This document shows positions 27,432 through 39,300 of a stretch of 58,362 nt of DNA, one piece after another. The notes under the pieces are model-generated. The model saw only the letters and a program-made list of their open reading frames with translations, was not told the DNA's origin and did no database searches. The stretch is taken from positions 1-58,362 of the IMG/VR virus record IMGVR_UViG_3300037882_000558, one strand, 5' to 3'. The stretch comes from a virus (Duplodnaviria > Caudoviricetes). The translations under genes were made by a program, and so were the position numbers. Numbering within the stretch: position 1 is the first letter of the stretch; every line of letters begins with the position of its first letter.

Positions 27432-28337
27432 CTATAGTTCTTCTATTTCTACCGTAGAGCTATAGAAATTTAAAGTAGGATGGGTGATAGCATTCAAGTT
27501 TTTAAATTTACCGTAGATTTGATAACTACGTTCTTTTTCGTAATCTAAAATATTATTAGGAAATAAGCTTACAAATACTGGTTTTCTGAGACCTACTCTC
27601 TTACAGATTTTTTCCATAATCTGCCTATCGCTATCAGTTAACCAAGTAAGATCAAATTTTAACGAATTATAGGTAACACCGTACTTAGTGATTAAGTCCC
27701 CAGATTCCGTTCTATTATTTGTACTAGAATCGCTAGTTTGTAGACTTATACCGTAGCCGGTATTATAAATTGGGGTCCAGGAAGCTCCTACTATTAAATG
27801 AGACATGGAAATATTCTGATTAGTATTGCCAGTATCGTTTATTTGTATAATTAGACAGGTAACAGATGTAGGTACTGGTTCAGGTAAGAATACTCTTATA
27901 GTATCAGCAGATAGGCCGTAACTAGTAGATAGCGTAGTATAATTTACACTGTCTTTATTAGAACTATACGGTCTGCAGCTAATAGGCCCACTTGACCACA
28001 ATGGTGTACCAGTTGCAGTTCCGTCTATAGTAGGACTACCTACTGTACCGTCTAGTACAGGAGTAAAAGTGTAACCCAATACTGTTATAGTAGCATTAAC
28101 AGTTAAATTAGTAAATGTACCTACAATAGTATCTATACCGGAAGGTAGAGTAGGTATATCGTCCAATCTTAAATTAACCCGTACGGTACTAGAGCCAGCA
28201 GGAGCACTTCTCCATATATAAGATCGCTGCTCTTTCTTTAAATTAGAAACATTTAAAGAGCCTATAGTACTAGAAGCTGCTAGTGTGGCTAGTTCTACTA
28301 CATTTTGATATACAATTTTTAAGTTATTTTGTGCCAT
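27432..28337 (-). CDS. Distal-tail/tail-tip-like protein
   Basis: RTESGDL...LKFDLTWL...VGLRKPVFVSLFP...IYGK...VEIEEL resembles siphophage Dit-like proteins. Confidence 0.6.
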   Translation of the reverse strand: MAQNNLKIVYQNVVELATLAASSTIGSLNVSNLKKEQRSYIWRSAPAGSSTVRVNLRLDDIPTLPSGIDTIVGTFTNLTVNATITVLGYTFTPVLDGTVGSPTIDGTATGTPLWSSGPISCRPYSSNKDSVNYTTLSTSYGLSADTIRVFLPEPVPTSVTCLIIQINDTGNTNQNISMSHLIVGASWTPIYNTGYGISLQTSDSSTNNRTESGDLITKYGVTYNSLKFDLTWLTDSDRQIMEKICKRVGLRKPVFVSLFPNNILDYEKERSYQIYGKFKNLNAITHPTLNFYSSTVEIEEL

Positions 28338-28338
28338 A

Positions 28339-28878
28339 TTACTCCTGCGGCCAGGTTATAGCATCTACCTTTTCAGTAGTATCTGTAGTTTCTGCCATTA
28401 ATTGTTGGTACAGTGTATCTGATATCTCTATTAAACTTTGACGCCTATTCGAAATATCTAAACCTATTTGAGCTAAATCCTGAAAGGATAAGGTTCGCAT
28501 TACATTATCGTAACAGCGCCAAAGCTTAGTAGTTTCACCACTTATCTGCATACCCATTACTGATCCAATAATATTAATAATACTATCTCCGTCAGTATTT
28601 ATAAAGAAATCGCTGAAAGCAATAGGTTTAGAATCTAATTCTTGACGTTTTGCTTTCAACTGCTCCCATTTCTTTTCTTTATAGGTATGTAAAGATACAG
28701 GATCTTTCCATACTACAAGATTATTTATATAGTGAGGTTGCCAACCTGGAAAAGGTTTAGTTTCTAAACCAGCCCAATAAGGTACATTGACCCACCCGGG
28801 AGCTAACATATCAGGGTCAATGTCTGAATTTAAGACACCTATAATTAAGGTGCCTTCTAATTTAATGTATGTTGCCAT
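28339..28878 (-). CDS. DUF4376-like tail fibre assembly protein
   Basis: KKWEQLKAKR...WRCYDNVMRTLS...VDAITWP. Confidence 0.7.
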   Translation of the reverse strand: MATYIKLEGTLIIGVLNSDIDPDMLAPGWVNVPYWAGLETKPFPGWQPHYINNLVVWKDPVSLHTYKEKKWEQLKAKRQELDSKPIAFSDFFINTDGDSIINIIGSVMGMQISGETTKLWRCYDNVMRTLSFQDLAQIGLDISNRRQSLIEISDTLYQQLMAETTDTTEKVDAITWPQE

Positions 28879-28880
28879 TT

Positions 28881-29111
28881 TTATTCTGCTTGAGCTTTAG
28901 TTACTGCTTCACGAATGCCGGAAAATTCAGCTTCTAGCTCCGCATCCGTTTTACCTTTAGGGGAGAAAGTAGTTAAATAAGGATTTTTACTAACTCCTGG
29001 CACATATTTAACTACAGGAGTTTTATCTTTAACGGAAGTAGTAGCTACAGTAGTGCAGGCACTAGATAATACTAGAAGGGCGGATAGAAATAATAAACGA
29101 ATATGTTTCAT
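28881..29111 (-). CDS. Small lipoprotein in the tail-tip region (Cor/Llp-like candidate)
   Basis: MKHIRLLFLSALLVLSSA-C lipobox. Confidence 0.6.
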   Translation of the reverse strand: MKHIRLLFLSALLVLSSACTTVATTSVKDKTPVVKYVPGVSKNPYLTTFSPKGKTDAELEAEFSGIREAVTKAQAE

Positions 29112-29130
29112 TGAATTGTCCAAGTTAAAA

Positions 29131-29757
29131 TTAAGGGATAGGCCAAATAAATTCAGGGAAATTAATGGCGTTTACTTCTTGTTCTGTAGTAGCAGCTTCT
29201 ATATCGTCAACTAATTCGCCATTAATGCGTATTAAAGCAGCGCGACGATCAGCCATACTAGAGCCGATCTCAATTAGATCCTGTATAGTGAGTGTTCTCC
29301 ATACATTGTCTGAACATCTCCAATCTATCGTAGTTAGGTTTTTAGCCTGCATTTTCATTACAGAGCCCATAATATCAATAACACTACGTTCAGTACTATC
29401 TATAAAAAAATCCGCATAAGAAATAGGAGCGTAATCATATTGATCTCGAATAGCTTTAAAAGACATAACTTTTCTGGCTTTTAAAGAATCTAACTGATTT
29501 CCTGTATCTAATATTGATATAGCCCCAATAAATGCTTCGTTATTTTGAATAACCGCTTCAAAACCTACTAATAAATTAGTAGCATCTAATGGTATGTACC
29601 ATGTCCATTGTGCTGCTTTGCCCTCTAAAAATTTCTCAGAACTTATGTAGCTGCGAACACATATAACTAAATCAGGGAATTTCCCCTCTAGATTTTCTAC
29701 ACGATGGTAAGTAGTTGTCACCCCATTAGGTGTGGTTATATTTTTTATTAATGCCAT
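29131..29757 (-). CDS. DUF4376-like tail fibre assembly protein
   Basis: WRCSDNVWRTLT...IEAATTEQEVNAINFP; paralogous C-terminus to 28339..28878. Confidence 0.7.
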   Translation of the reverse strand: MALIKNITTPNGVTTTYHRVENLEGKFPDLVICVRSYISSEKFLEGKAAQWTWYIPLDATNLLVGFEAVIQNNEAFIGAISILDTGNQLDSLKARKVMSFKAIRDQYDYAPISYADFFIDSTERSVIDIMGSVMKMQAKNLTTIDWRCSDNVWRTLTIQDLIEIGSSMADRRAALIRINGELVDDIEAATTEQEVNAINFPEFIWPIP

Positions 29758-29766
29758 TATTGTACC

Positions 29767-30582
29767 TTAAGAAAGACGAGTACCGTCTAGAACCAGAACA
29801 TTTCCTGGTTCTAGGTATGTTTCATAATAATCGTAAAGATTGTCATAATCGCGCGGATAGCGATTTACTATGAATCTACGACGTCGAATCCTTCCAGATA
29901 CTAAGGAAAGACCCCAGGAATCTTGCCATATATCTTCTAGACTACCTTCTGCAGTAGCAGTACCTCCTCCATACGTATTAGATATAATAACAGGTCTTGC
30001 TACGGGCGAAGCTCCTAAATCTTCGCCATCATATATTAAATCTAAAGCATTACTAGGTGTCCAAGCTCCTGAGGGTGGGAAGCTAAGTGTTTGAGCGCTA
30101 CCTATACTTATAACGCTTTTAATTGTCATAGCCTCTTGAGAAGTACTAAAAGCTACTTTATTATCGGCAGTATAAAGTACAAGACCATATTCACCTGCCG
30201 TCGGTGCAGAGTAAGGCCCAAACACATGAATTTTAGGAGTCTGCAAACTTAAATGGGATATATCATCTAAATTAGTGGCGGCATCTTGGACTGAAAATAA
30301 AGAAAACTCCCATCTGTTACTACCAGCATATCTAGCATAGTTAGCTACTACTATTCCACTTTGTAGTTCTATACCAAAAACGGGGGCGTCTGTTGAATTA
30401 GACATAGTATACTCGTAAATCCAATTATCTAAGAACCCGTAAGTATAACCACCCCCATCATAAGTTAGTAACGTAGCAGAAGTATTTAGTGTGGCTAACC
30501 CTAAATATCTATAGCCTTGCGTAGCATCACTAACTGTTAGTTCATTACCTTGGTTTACACAAGTAAAGCCATAATTTGCCAT
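29767..30582 (-). CDS. Tail tip / receptor-binding accessory protein
   Basis: MANYGF..N and YGLVLYTADNKVAFST motifs typical of genes following a central fibre. Confidence 0.6.
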   Translation of the reverse strand: MANYGFTCVNQGNELTVSDATQGYRYLGLATLNTSATLLTYDGGGYTYGFLDNWIYEYTMSNSTDAPVFGIELQSGIVVANYARYAGSNRWEFSLFSVQDAATNLDDISHLSLQTPKIHVFGPYSAPTAGEYGLVLYTADNKVAFSTSQEAMTIKSVISIGSAQTLSFPPSGAWTPSNALDLIYDGEDLGASPVARPVIISNTYGGGTATAEGSLEDIWQDSWGLSLVSGRIRRRRFIVNRYPRDYDNLYDYYETYLEPGNVLVLDGTRLS

Positions 30583-30861
30583 TTATTTAACCATATTAAT
30601 GTAAGTTGCACGAAAGTCATCAGCATAAGGAAAGGCAGGAATAGTAACACGAGGATAGCCTAGAGCGTAATCCCAGTAGGGAATTACGCTACCCCCTTGT
30701 TGGAAGGTCATACCAGTTAACCCAGCAAACATAGGGAATGAAAATACTTGTTCAGTAGTCTGACCTTGTACAACATTACAAACCCAGCCACCTTGTCTGG
30801 TTAAAGAATTGTATATTTCATTACCTGCACTATCCCATACTTGTAAGCCATAATCGCTCAT
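30583..30861 (-). CDS. Small tail-tip protein
   Basis: MSDYGLQVWDSAGNEIYNS motif. Confidence 0.6.
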   Translation of the reverse strand: MSDYGLQVWDSAGNEIYNSLTRQGGWVCNVVQGQTTEQVFSFPMFAGLTGMTFQQGGSVIPYWDYALGYPRVTIPAFPYADDFRATYINMVK

Positions 30862-33800
30862 AGTAACCCTAATCTAACACGTCTATTATTAAAATCATCA
30901 TAAACTTCAATTCTATTTGAAGTTACTTGAACACGCCCTGTAGAAGTAGCTCCATCCTTAATAACATCTGTTAAAGCAGCAACTGTTAGATTACTAGCTG
31001 TTAACTGACCTATATGAGCGGAACGAATTAAAGCGGAAGTCATAACAACATCCCAGGTAGTCTGATTAAAACTACCATTTAAATTAGTACCGATAGTAGC
31101 ACCTACAGTAGCCCCATTGGCAGGTCTATTACCGTCGTTGTTAGCAACGCTTGACCAGTTAGCAGTTGTAGCTGCAGTATTAATTGAAGGTACTAATGCT
31201 GAATTAGCGACTTCTGTACCACTACCACTACCTATACCTGTAATAACGTTGTCTGAAATTGCGATGCTATCATTTCTAAGTATACTAGGAGCATTGGTAG
31301 CGTCTGTTTTAACGGCTCCGATACCAACAGGGGTTACACCCCCGACGGCGGAAGGTCCTCCGGATGTAGATATAGTACCATCAGCATTAACTGTAATACC
31401 AATATTATCATTTCGAAGTATAGTATCACTAGGCTTACCTGCAATATTAGTATTCCAATTAGCCCCTAAGGTAGCATCTAAATCACCTGCATAACCTAGT
31501 TGTCTAGTAGAAAGTGCCGGGCCTGGAGCATAAGGCGAAGGCCCTTCTTGGTTTACAGACACACGCTCAAATTGAGGAGCAGCCATCCATATCCAGCTCT
31601 CGGCGGAACCTCCTGACCAGGTATTATATTTACGAATATAAGGACAAGCTACAGTGGCCCCTGAAGGTACTGTAGCTATTGCAAATATTCTTGCATAGGA
31701 ACCTAAAGTATCTGCAGAGCCTTGCAATCCAGGAGTATTAGGTAATTCTGTAGTAGTAATTAAGTTACCTGAGGTGTCAAACCAGCTAATACCCCCACCA
31801 GTATTACTTCTATGTGCTTGAGCATAGTAAGAAAAACAATACTTTGATCCTGCAACTACAGGGATACCATAATTTCTACCCCAGCTACCCATTGGGTAGA
31901 AGTCAATAACAGGTGTATTGTTATCCCCACTAGCAATATTATTTTGGTGCATAACTAAATTTCTAGTAGTTATACCATATAATGTGTAGCTACTACTAAA
32001 TATATTACTAGACCATTGTAGCCCTACGTCTATTGCTATATCTCCTGCTTGGATACCTGAGCCCCAGGTCATTGCAGATTGTTGATCACTATTAGGTATT
32101 AGGTTCTGACCTACAACTTGATAAGTATTATCAACCTGTACACCTGAGGTTCCTATATTGCTTAACACACCTCCATTTACTGTAATAGTTTGGTTTAATA
32201 AAGCACTTTGTTCAAAGTACTCACGTAAACTAGGTTCTGTACCGTCTACTACGTTAATAAATGGTATACCAAATACAGCATTATTATTATAACTAGTGTA
32301 AAACTGGTAAGCTCTATGACCTACAGCTTGAATATCTCCACCACCAGAAGTAAAGCAGTAATTTGTACCTCCAGATATTTTTATACCGGTTCTGCAATCC
32401 CAAACACCGGCACTTTCACTAGTATTAGCTCCTGAACCTGCTGGAAATATATAACCTACAAATAAGTACCAGCGATCTGTACTCATTGAGCTTTTACCTA
32501 ATGTTGCAAAATATGGGTTACCATTAGGATTAGTAGTATTTAAATCTGATACATTACTAGTACCCCAATACATAGTACCGTCAGATCCCCCAGTATTACG
32601 AATAGGTACAGCAAATCTATAGGTACGATTTGCATTTAGAGATATGCCATAAGCACCCCAGCCACCGCCAGAATTACTGTCTCCAGTAGTTTCTTGACAG
32701 TACCATACAATATCATTATTACCTTTAGGGCCTGTAAATGATCCACCTAAATCAAGAGTACTAACTATTCGGTTATACTCACCATTTTGTGACCAAGGAA
32801 TAGCCGCATCTCGTTTCCACCAGCTAGTATCAATTAAATTATTCTTAATTGAATCGTCTGAAGGTCGTCCGTTTACATAAGTCCATGCTAAACCGGCACT
32901 ACCACCGCTAGCATCTAAGATTACGGTACCGTCAGGTTTGCGAATAGTTAAACCATTAGCATTAATCTGTGAAGCAGTTAACTGACCACGAATAATAGCG
33001 GCATCAAATTCAGCTGCACCATTCCCTGAAATCATCCAACCTAAAGCACCTGCTAGATAATTAGAACTGCTTAATGTATTACCTACTTGTAAGGACCCTG
33101 TAGTAACCTTACTTCCTGTTACACTATCGATCTTTGCATTAGTAATGGCCGCATCTGCTATAATAGCACTACCTGCAGTAATAGTACCTACAGCCATTTT
33201 AGCGGCAGTAACAGTACCGTCAACAATTAAACTTGCATCATTTAATTTTTCAACTGAAAAATCAGCATACCAGGCCTCACCAGTATAGGCACTTCTATCA
33301 GCCCAAGGTCCGAATACTAAACTAGTAGCTCCGGTAACTATTGTTGTAGTTACTGTTATACGTTGCCATCCTGCAGTATTAGTAGAACCTACATCGGTAT
33401 GTAAAGAGGCACCACCAGAAGGAGAAAATTGTAAGGATACTAACCCTAAACTACCTGAACCTGCTCCTTTATTAACCAATACAGATATTTTATACTGTTC
33501 ACCTGCTACTACAGGTATAGGGATTGCAAAAGTATTATCCCTAGAGTTGAACTCCGAAGCATATGAGACAGGGCAACCACCAGGAACTGCCGGGTCTGTA
33601 AAAACTAATCTACGTACAAAACCCGCCCAGCCAGTAGTACCTGATTCAAAAGAAGGGTCTACTGCTAATGATTTAGGTGAAATTAATACATGTTGAGCTC
33701 TTACAGCGCCAGCAGCTAATTCACTAACGCCAATAGCGGCTGCAGCTACTTTACCAAATACTACACTGTTATTTTTTAAGTCACCACCGTCTACTTCTAA

Positions 33801-34721
33801 AGTCCAGGCTGATCCCGTATATCTATATAATTTATTATCTGTAGTTAGGAATACCATTCTACCTTGCACATTACCTGTACTAGGTAGTTCTGCAAAAATT
33901 TCGGGAGGGCGAATACCTGCGGCAAATTTAGCAATAGTTAACGAACCATCCGCTATATCACCTACTCTGGCTTTACTAATAGTATAAGACCTATTAGCGA
34001 CATAAGCTGTAGCCCCATTAACATCTCTAATAGTGATAGTAAATACAATAGTACCAGTATCTACAGCTAGAGGCATAGCTGTAACATTAGCCATGAGGAA
34101 CTCGGTAGCGTTGTTAGAAACACTACCTAAAGTTATAGAGTTAGTAGGAGATACAACATAAGCAACTGAGAAAGTATTTGCACCTGAGGCACCATAATTA
34201 AGAGAGGTATTACCTAACTTGGCACTAATAGTAGTATCTGTACCTGCAAAAGATGCTACTGTTCCATCACCCGAGGCATTTATAACTGCGAATATTCTTG
34301 AAATATCAATAGTGTAAGGGTCATTAGCTTCTACAGTATAAGCAATATCTACTGTAGATACTGCACTACCTTTAATACCTCCATCTGCAATACAACGTAC
34401 TTTAAGACTTGTACTACTAGTAGGGCTTAATAATGCAATAAAATTAGCACTACTAAGAGTAACCACATTAGTAGAAACATAACCACTAGGCATTGTTGTC
34501 CACGTAGTAGGGTTTCTATTAACACTATATTCCCAGGTATATGTTGGGCTACTACCTAGGTTAGTAACAACCGCAGTAATTGTGCCTGAAGTAGGCGTTA
34601 CTGCTGCGTTATTTTTTGGTTGCGTAAATAGCGCTGTACTAAGTGAAAGACCTAAAAGAGGTGTGGTAACTCTGGTACCATTAGCTAGAGCTAAGTCTCT
34701 TTCATTTTGAATTATAGCCAT
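30858..34721 (-). CDS. Central tail fibre / host-specificity protein
   Basis: ADAAITNAKI and GWMISGNGAAEF (DUF1983-like) motifs, carbohydrate-binding-like domains, C-terminal NRIEVYDDFNNRRVRLGLL as in J-like fibres. Confidence 0.8.
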   Translation of the reverse strand: MAIIQNERDLALANGTRVTTPLLGLSLSTALFTQPKNNAAVTPTSGTITAVVTNLGSSPTYTWEYSVNRNPTTWTTMPSGYVSTNVVTLSSANFIALLSPTSSTSLKVRCIADGGIKGSAVSTVDIAYTVEANDPYTIDISRIFAVINASGDGTVASFAGTDTTISAKLGNTSLNYGASGANTFSVAYVVSPTNSITLGSVSNNATEFLMANVTAMPLAVDTGTIVFTITIRDVNGATAYVANRSYTISKARVGDIADGSLTIAKFAAGIRPPEIFAELPSTGNVQGRMVFLTTDNKLYRYTGSAWTLEVDGGDLKNNSVVFGKVAAAAIGVSELAAGAVRAQHVLISPKSLAVDPSFESGTTGWAGFVRRLVFTDPAVPGGCPVSYASEFNSRDNTFAIPIPVVAGEQYKISVLVNKGAGSGSLGLVSLQFSPSGGASLHTDVGSTNTAGWQRITVTTTIVTGATSLVFGPWADRSAYTGEAWYADFSVEKLNDASLIVDGTVTAAKMAVGTITAGSAIIADAAITNAKIDSVTGSKVTTGSLQVGNTLSSSNYLAGALGWMISGNGAAEFDAAIIRGQLTASQINANGLTIRKPDGTVILDASGGSAGLAWTYVNGRPSDDSIKNNLIDTSWWKRDAAIPWSQNGEYNRIVSTLDLGGSFTGPKGNNDIVWYCQETTGDSNSGGGWGAYGISLNANRTYRFAVPIRNTGGSDGTMYWGTSNVSDLNTTNPNGNPYFATLGKSSMSTDRWYLFVGYIFPAGSGANTSESAGVWDCRTGIKISGGTNYCFTSGGGDIQAVGHRAYQFYTSYNNNAVFGIPFINVVDGTEPSLREYFEQSALLNQTITVNGGVLSNIGTSGVQVDNTYQVVGQNLIPNSDQQSAMTWGSGIQAGDIAIDVGLQWSSNIFSSSYTLYGITTRNLVMHQNNIASGDNNTPVIDFYPMGSWGRNYGIPVVAGSKYCFSYYAQAHRSNTGGGISWFDTSGNLITTTELPNTPGLQGSADTLGSYARIFAIATVPSGATVACPYIRKYNTWSGGSAESWIWMAAPQFERVSVNQEGPSPYAPGPALSTRQLGYAGDLDATLGANWNTNIAGKPSDTILRNDNIGITVNADGTISTSGGPSAVGGVTPVGIGAVKTDATNAPSILRNDSIAISDNVITGIGSGSGTEVANSALVPSINTAATTANWSSVANNDGNRPANGATVGATIGTNLNGSFNQTTWDVVMTSALIRSAHIGQLTASNLTVAALTDVIKDGATSTGRVQVTSNRIEVYDDFNNRRVRLGLL

Positions 34722-36287
34722 TTATACCTCTATTAATTCTACGTATACCGTGCCTTGCGACCAGTTAGGGCTTAAGGATACAACTTGAGTGTCCTTGCCA
34801 TTGGCTAGGCCAAATTTATTACTTAAAGATTCAAGATATACGTATTGTCCTAATTGTAAGGACATCATTTTTGTTGTACAGGTCATTCCGTACACATTTC
34901 TAGGAACTTTGGAGAAATTATTCAATCTTAGTGCTTCTGCCTGGGCACTAGATTTTTGAATAAGATAAGTGTTTTTCTCTGTAGGTTCAATATTTAGCAA
35001 ATACTGGGATTGTACTGTAGAATCTGTAGCTACATCAGTAGTTAACCACTCTAATCCAAATAACTCTTTATGGGCCTCTGGTATGTCTGTTACTAAACCT
35101 TCCTGTACTGTCCAGTTTTTAGAATAACCTAATTTAGTAGAGGCCTTAACTTCTGTCCTTCTAACAATATTTAGAGTATTATTAAGTATGTCTGCATCGC
35201 TAATAGTAGTATCACTAGCAAGTGCATCACCTATTCTTAGTATTTGTAATTTACCTGCACGTGTAAAATAAACCTGAGCACCTACACTAGCACAGATACT
35301 CTGTATTAATTCTAATTTATTTATTTTACTGGTGATGTAAATACCTATAGGCTGACTGTTAGCTACTTCGAAAGCTCTTAAATTTACTAAATCTAATTCG
35401 AAAGAGTTTAATAACGAATCTACTTTACCGTATTGTGTAGCTATTACAGTAATAATATTTGCAATATTATTAATATAACTAGTAGCGGAAAAACCAGTAG
35501 TTAAATCTATAGACTTTTTAGTACCTTGTACACTAACAGTGCAAGTACCCACAAGAGGCCTATATAGTCTAAACGTACCTGTTGTTAAATTAATAGTGGC
35601 GCCATTTATAGTACCATCGTATCTATGAATTGGTACTCCATTATCTCTTATTTCTGTTATCTGCTCATTACCATCATAGCTATATAAATACTCTAAAGTA
35701 GCAGGGTCTATTAATATAGGAGTTATATTATGGGCTTCTCCGAATACTAACGGTTTTAGAGAAGCTTTATTAGTCTGACCTCCTGCCCAAGTACCGTAAG
35801 TACCTATAATAACTTCACTAACAGGAGTATTAAGTTTGGCGGCTTTATCTGCTATTTTAATATTTATAACTGAAGAATTAGAACTATCAATACCTGAAAC
35901 CATACCATTTAGTATTAGGCTAAAATTAGCATCTATATCCTCTAAAATATCAGATACCCAAGAAGGGTCACCATAGTATATTTTTATAGGTCTATTGTTC
36001 CAAATATATTTAGACGGGTCTAGCCAACTGTCGTATTCGTGATTAGAGTTATTTAACTCTATATCCCCAAATCTTAAGGATAAGGATCCGTCTAAGCTAA
36101 TAGACTCATCTAATTGAGGACTTGCGTTAATAATAGGGTTAAAGACAACCTGCCCATCCTGAGTATTATATCCAGCATTAGATAGATATACTGAAATATC
36201 TGCGTTAGCGACTAAATCAAATACTGTTACTACTGCTAGAATACATCTAGCTGCCGGTGATTCCAGCCAATCTTGGGAATATGCCAT
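34722..36287 (-). CDS. Baseplate hub / tail-tip protein
   Basis: KPLVFGEAHNITP, EIRDNGVP, GTFRL, LGYSKNWTVQ; directly after the tape measure gene; start ATG 36287. Confidence 0.7.
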   Translation of the reverse strand: MAYSQDWLESPAARCILAVVTVFDLVANADISVYLSNAGYNTQDGQVVFNPIINASPQLDESISLDGSLSLRFGDIELNNSNHEYDSWLDPSKYIWNNRPIKIYYGDPSWVSDILEDIDANFSLILNGMVSGIDSSNSSVINIKIADKAAKLNTPVSEVIIGTYGTWAGGQTNKASLKPLVFGEAHNITPILIDPATLEYLYSYDGNEQITEIRDNGVPIHRYDGTINGATINLTTGTFRLYRPLVGTCTVSVQGTKKSIDLTTGFSATSYINNIANIITVIATQYGKVDSLLNSFELDLVNLRAFEVANSQPIGIYITSKINKLELIQSICASVGAQVYFTRAGKLQILRIGDALASDTTISDADILNNTLNIVRRTEVKASTKLGYSKNWTVQEGLVTDIPEAHKELFGLEWLTTDVATDSTVQSQYLLNIEPTEKNTYLIQKSSAQAEALRLNNFSKVPRNVYGMTCTTKMMSLQLGQYVYLESLSNKFGLANGKDTQVVSLSPNWSQGTVYVELIEV

Positions 36288-36306
36288 TCTCTCTTTAATC
36301 CTATAG

Positions 36307-36340
36307 AAAAGCACGGTATAGGTTTTATACCGTGCTTTTT
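36307..36340 (-). terminator. Terminator after the tape measure gene
   Basis: GCACGGTATA / TATACCGTGC stem flanked by A and T runs. Confidence 0.8.
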
Positions 36341-36341
36341 G

Positions 36342-39300
36342 TTACACTAATTTAAAGTTACTACGTTCTTTCCAAATTGTAGTATCTTTTGACGAAGTAG
36401 TTACTGCTTCTGTCATTTTGTCTGAATTTTCAATAGACGTAGCTATCAAATCTCCAGTTTGTATATTTTGCTCTGCTCTAAGCTGCGCAACTTCTTTACG
36501 TAGGTTCACTAGTTCGGAAACTATTGAATTAGTAAAGTTATCAAATGCGGAACCAGATGAATTAGCTGATATTGCTCTATCGATATCCTTGAAATTAGTG
36601 ATTTCAGGACCACCTTCTACAGCAGAACTATAAGTGCCCATGTATCCGTCAGGTACAAAAGCCGCTTGAGCTCTAGGAGGTTCAACATATCCTGGTACGT
36701 TAGGTCCTGCTAAGGCCCCTACAGGTAAGGAAACGTCGGAAGGTAGGCCTACTTTTGCACCTGCCGCTACGGCGGCCAATTGTAGGTATTGTTGCAGCAA
36801 TTGAGCGGTTGTTTCAGTATTAGTATTAATTAGGTTTAAGAATGAAACTGAACTATCTAATGCAGCTAACTGCAATTCTGCAGTTGTTTTATCATTAGTA
36901 AGTGCTCCCGTTACTCCGTCTAATATAGAGTTAACTAAATTAAAGTCGGCGGAATACTTATCAGAGCTAGCAAATATGATTCTAGAAGCCTCTAAGAAAG
37001 CTGAAGAAGCATTAGGTAAGTCTCCAAGAGCCTTATCTTTTGCTGCCTTCTGCTCATCCGTATTAGCTACGGATGAGGCTATTCTTGCAGTTTCTTGTAA
37101 TGCTTTCTTTACCTCATTATACTTATCTTGAGGAGACAGTATAGATGTAGCACCAGTAAGTAATGAACCCTTAAAATCTTTTAGTGATGTAATAAAAGAA
37201 CCTACATTACTAATAGTTGTCTTTAGTGCTGCTGACTCATTTTCGTAAGCTGTTTTTAGTTTATCTTTAGCATCTGCTTCATCTTGTAAAGCGTATATAT
37301 ATTTCTGCATAGGACGTAATAGTTCGTCCATAGCGTCTAGTTCTATTTGTCTACTTAGTGCGATAGCTTCTACAGTTCTTCCTTCTAATTCAAGGATTTG
37401 AATGTATAGTCTTAGAGATTCTTCTCTTCTTTCTTCTAGAGACAGTGCTTTCGAAGTAGAAGCATATACTTCTGCGAAAGCTGGCGCTAGTTGAATTAAT
37501 GAAGCATATAGTTCTTGCTGTTTAGGAATAGTAAGATCAAGACCTTTTATAAAGGCTTTAAACTCGTCCCTACTATCTATTAGAGGTATACTCATATCCC
37601 CGAACTCAGCACCTAATGCAGCTAATGTATCTGTTACATTCTTCTGTACAGGAGCTAAACGTTCTGCTTCAGTTAAGAATTCTTCTCTAAAGAATTTTAC
37701 CTGATCTGTGAAAGAGGATAAACCTCCAGTAAGAGTTAATAATGATTCAGAGGCTTCGAAAGATAGGCTAGTTAAGGAAATACCTATACTATCCAACGCC
37801 ACTTTTACTTTGTCATTACTATCTACTACTCTAACTACAGTTTCGAATAATCCTTCACCAAATTTTTGATATTCTTTTAAGCTACTAAATAGAGCTGTTG
37901 ATGCACCATCTAGAATATTACTTATTATTGCGTCAAATTCTTTTTCTAAGTCTTCCCCCGTTAAACCTCTTAGACTAGCCAATTGGTCAACCTTAACATT
38001 ACTTAAGGTTCCTAATACTTGGTCTACAGATAAACCTATTTTGCTACCTATTTGAATAAATGCTGCTCCAGCATTTGCAAAGATATCAGTAATCTGCCCT
38101 GTTATCTTACTATCTAAACCAGCATAGTTGGTAACAATAGCTTCTGAAGTCTTCTTTACTAATCCGAATAGGGCTTTAGAAGTAGTAGTAACTTTTAGAG
38201 TTTCATAAGCCTGGACGCTATTAGTAATACCATCCATTAGGTCTTTGAAAGTACCAGATAATTTAATACCTGAATCTAGTATTTCAGTACTAACTTTCTT
38301 GGAACCAAAAATACTACCTAATAAACTACCAGTTAATCCACCAAAGAATTTATCTAAAGGATTAAGAATACTATTAATCGAGGCTGCTAATCCAGAAGTA
38401 GTTTTAGTAGAACTAAAGTCTTCTTTTAATCCTGAAATGCTTCCTGAACGAATACCCGAAATACTATATAAACTAATAGCGGCTTTGTTAATACCTTGAT
38501 CAATACTCTGTAAGGTTTCAAGAATGCTTTTATCATACCCTAACCCATCAATAATATTATCTTTAATTAACTTTAAGGAGTTGTCAATACTAGCTGATTT
38601 AGCTGAAGCATCTCCAAGTACTCCGCCACCGTTTTCTACTTTTTTACCGTTTACGAAAGAGTAGCCTGTACCTTGTACTTCTTGACGATCTTTAGAAGTC
38701 ATACCAGCTAAGCTAATAGATTTAGTGTTCCCACCTCCTATTTGACTTATTAGACCACCTACTAGTGCGGCTACTGCAGCTCCAGCTGCAATATTTGCAG
38801 GGAAAGGTAAGCTTGCTATAGTTTTAACAACAGCAGCAATACCGTCAGCAGTTGCTCTAATACCACTATTTATAACAGAAGACTTAGTTCCTACAGCATC
38901 GGCTATAAGTGCTTCTACTTTCATAGCTAGTGAAGCTAAATGTAGTGCTTGTTCAATTGCGTGAAAAGCTTTATAAGCAGCAGTCTTCTCAGAGAACATA
39001 CTAGCTGCAGCGCCAGCAGTACTACCGTAGTAGTCAAGATCTGATTCTAGCTTTTTATCGTTTTCTTGTTGAGTTAAGCGTGTTTGTTCTTTTTCGAAAT
39101 CTGCAGCAGAACCACCCTTCTTCAAGGCGTCAACTCGTTTCTTATTAAACTCTTCTTCAATTTTTGCTCGCTTAGATGCATTGTCTTTAGTAGCTTTTAA
39201 TATGGATTGCATAGCAGTACCGAAGTTTTTACCTACAGTACCAAATACACCGGAAAGAGTATCAGTAAGTTCTACTAACTTCTCCATTTGGTCGTTGTAT

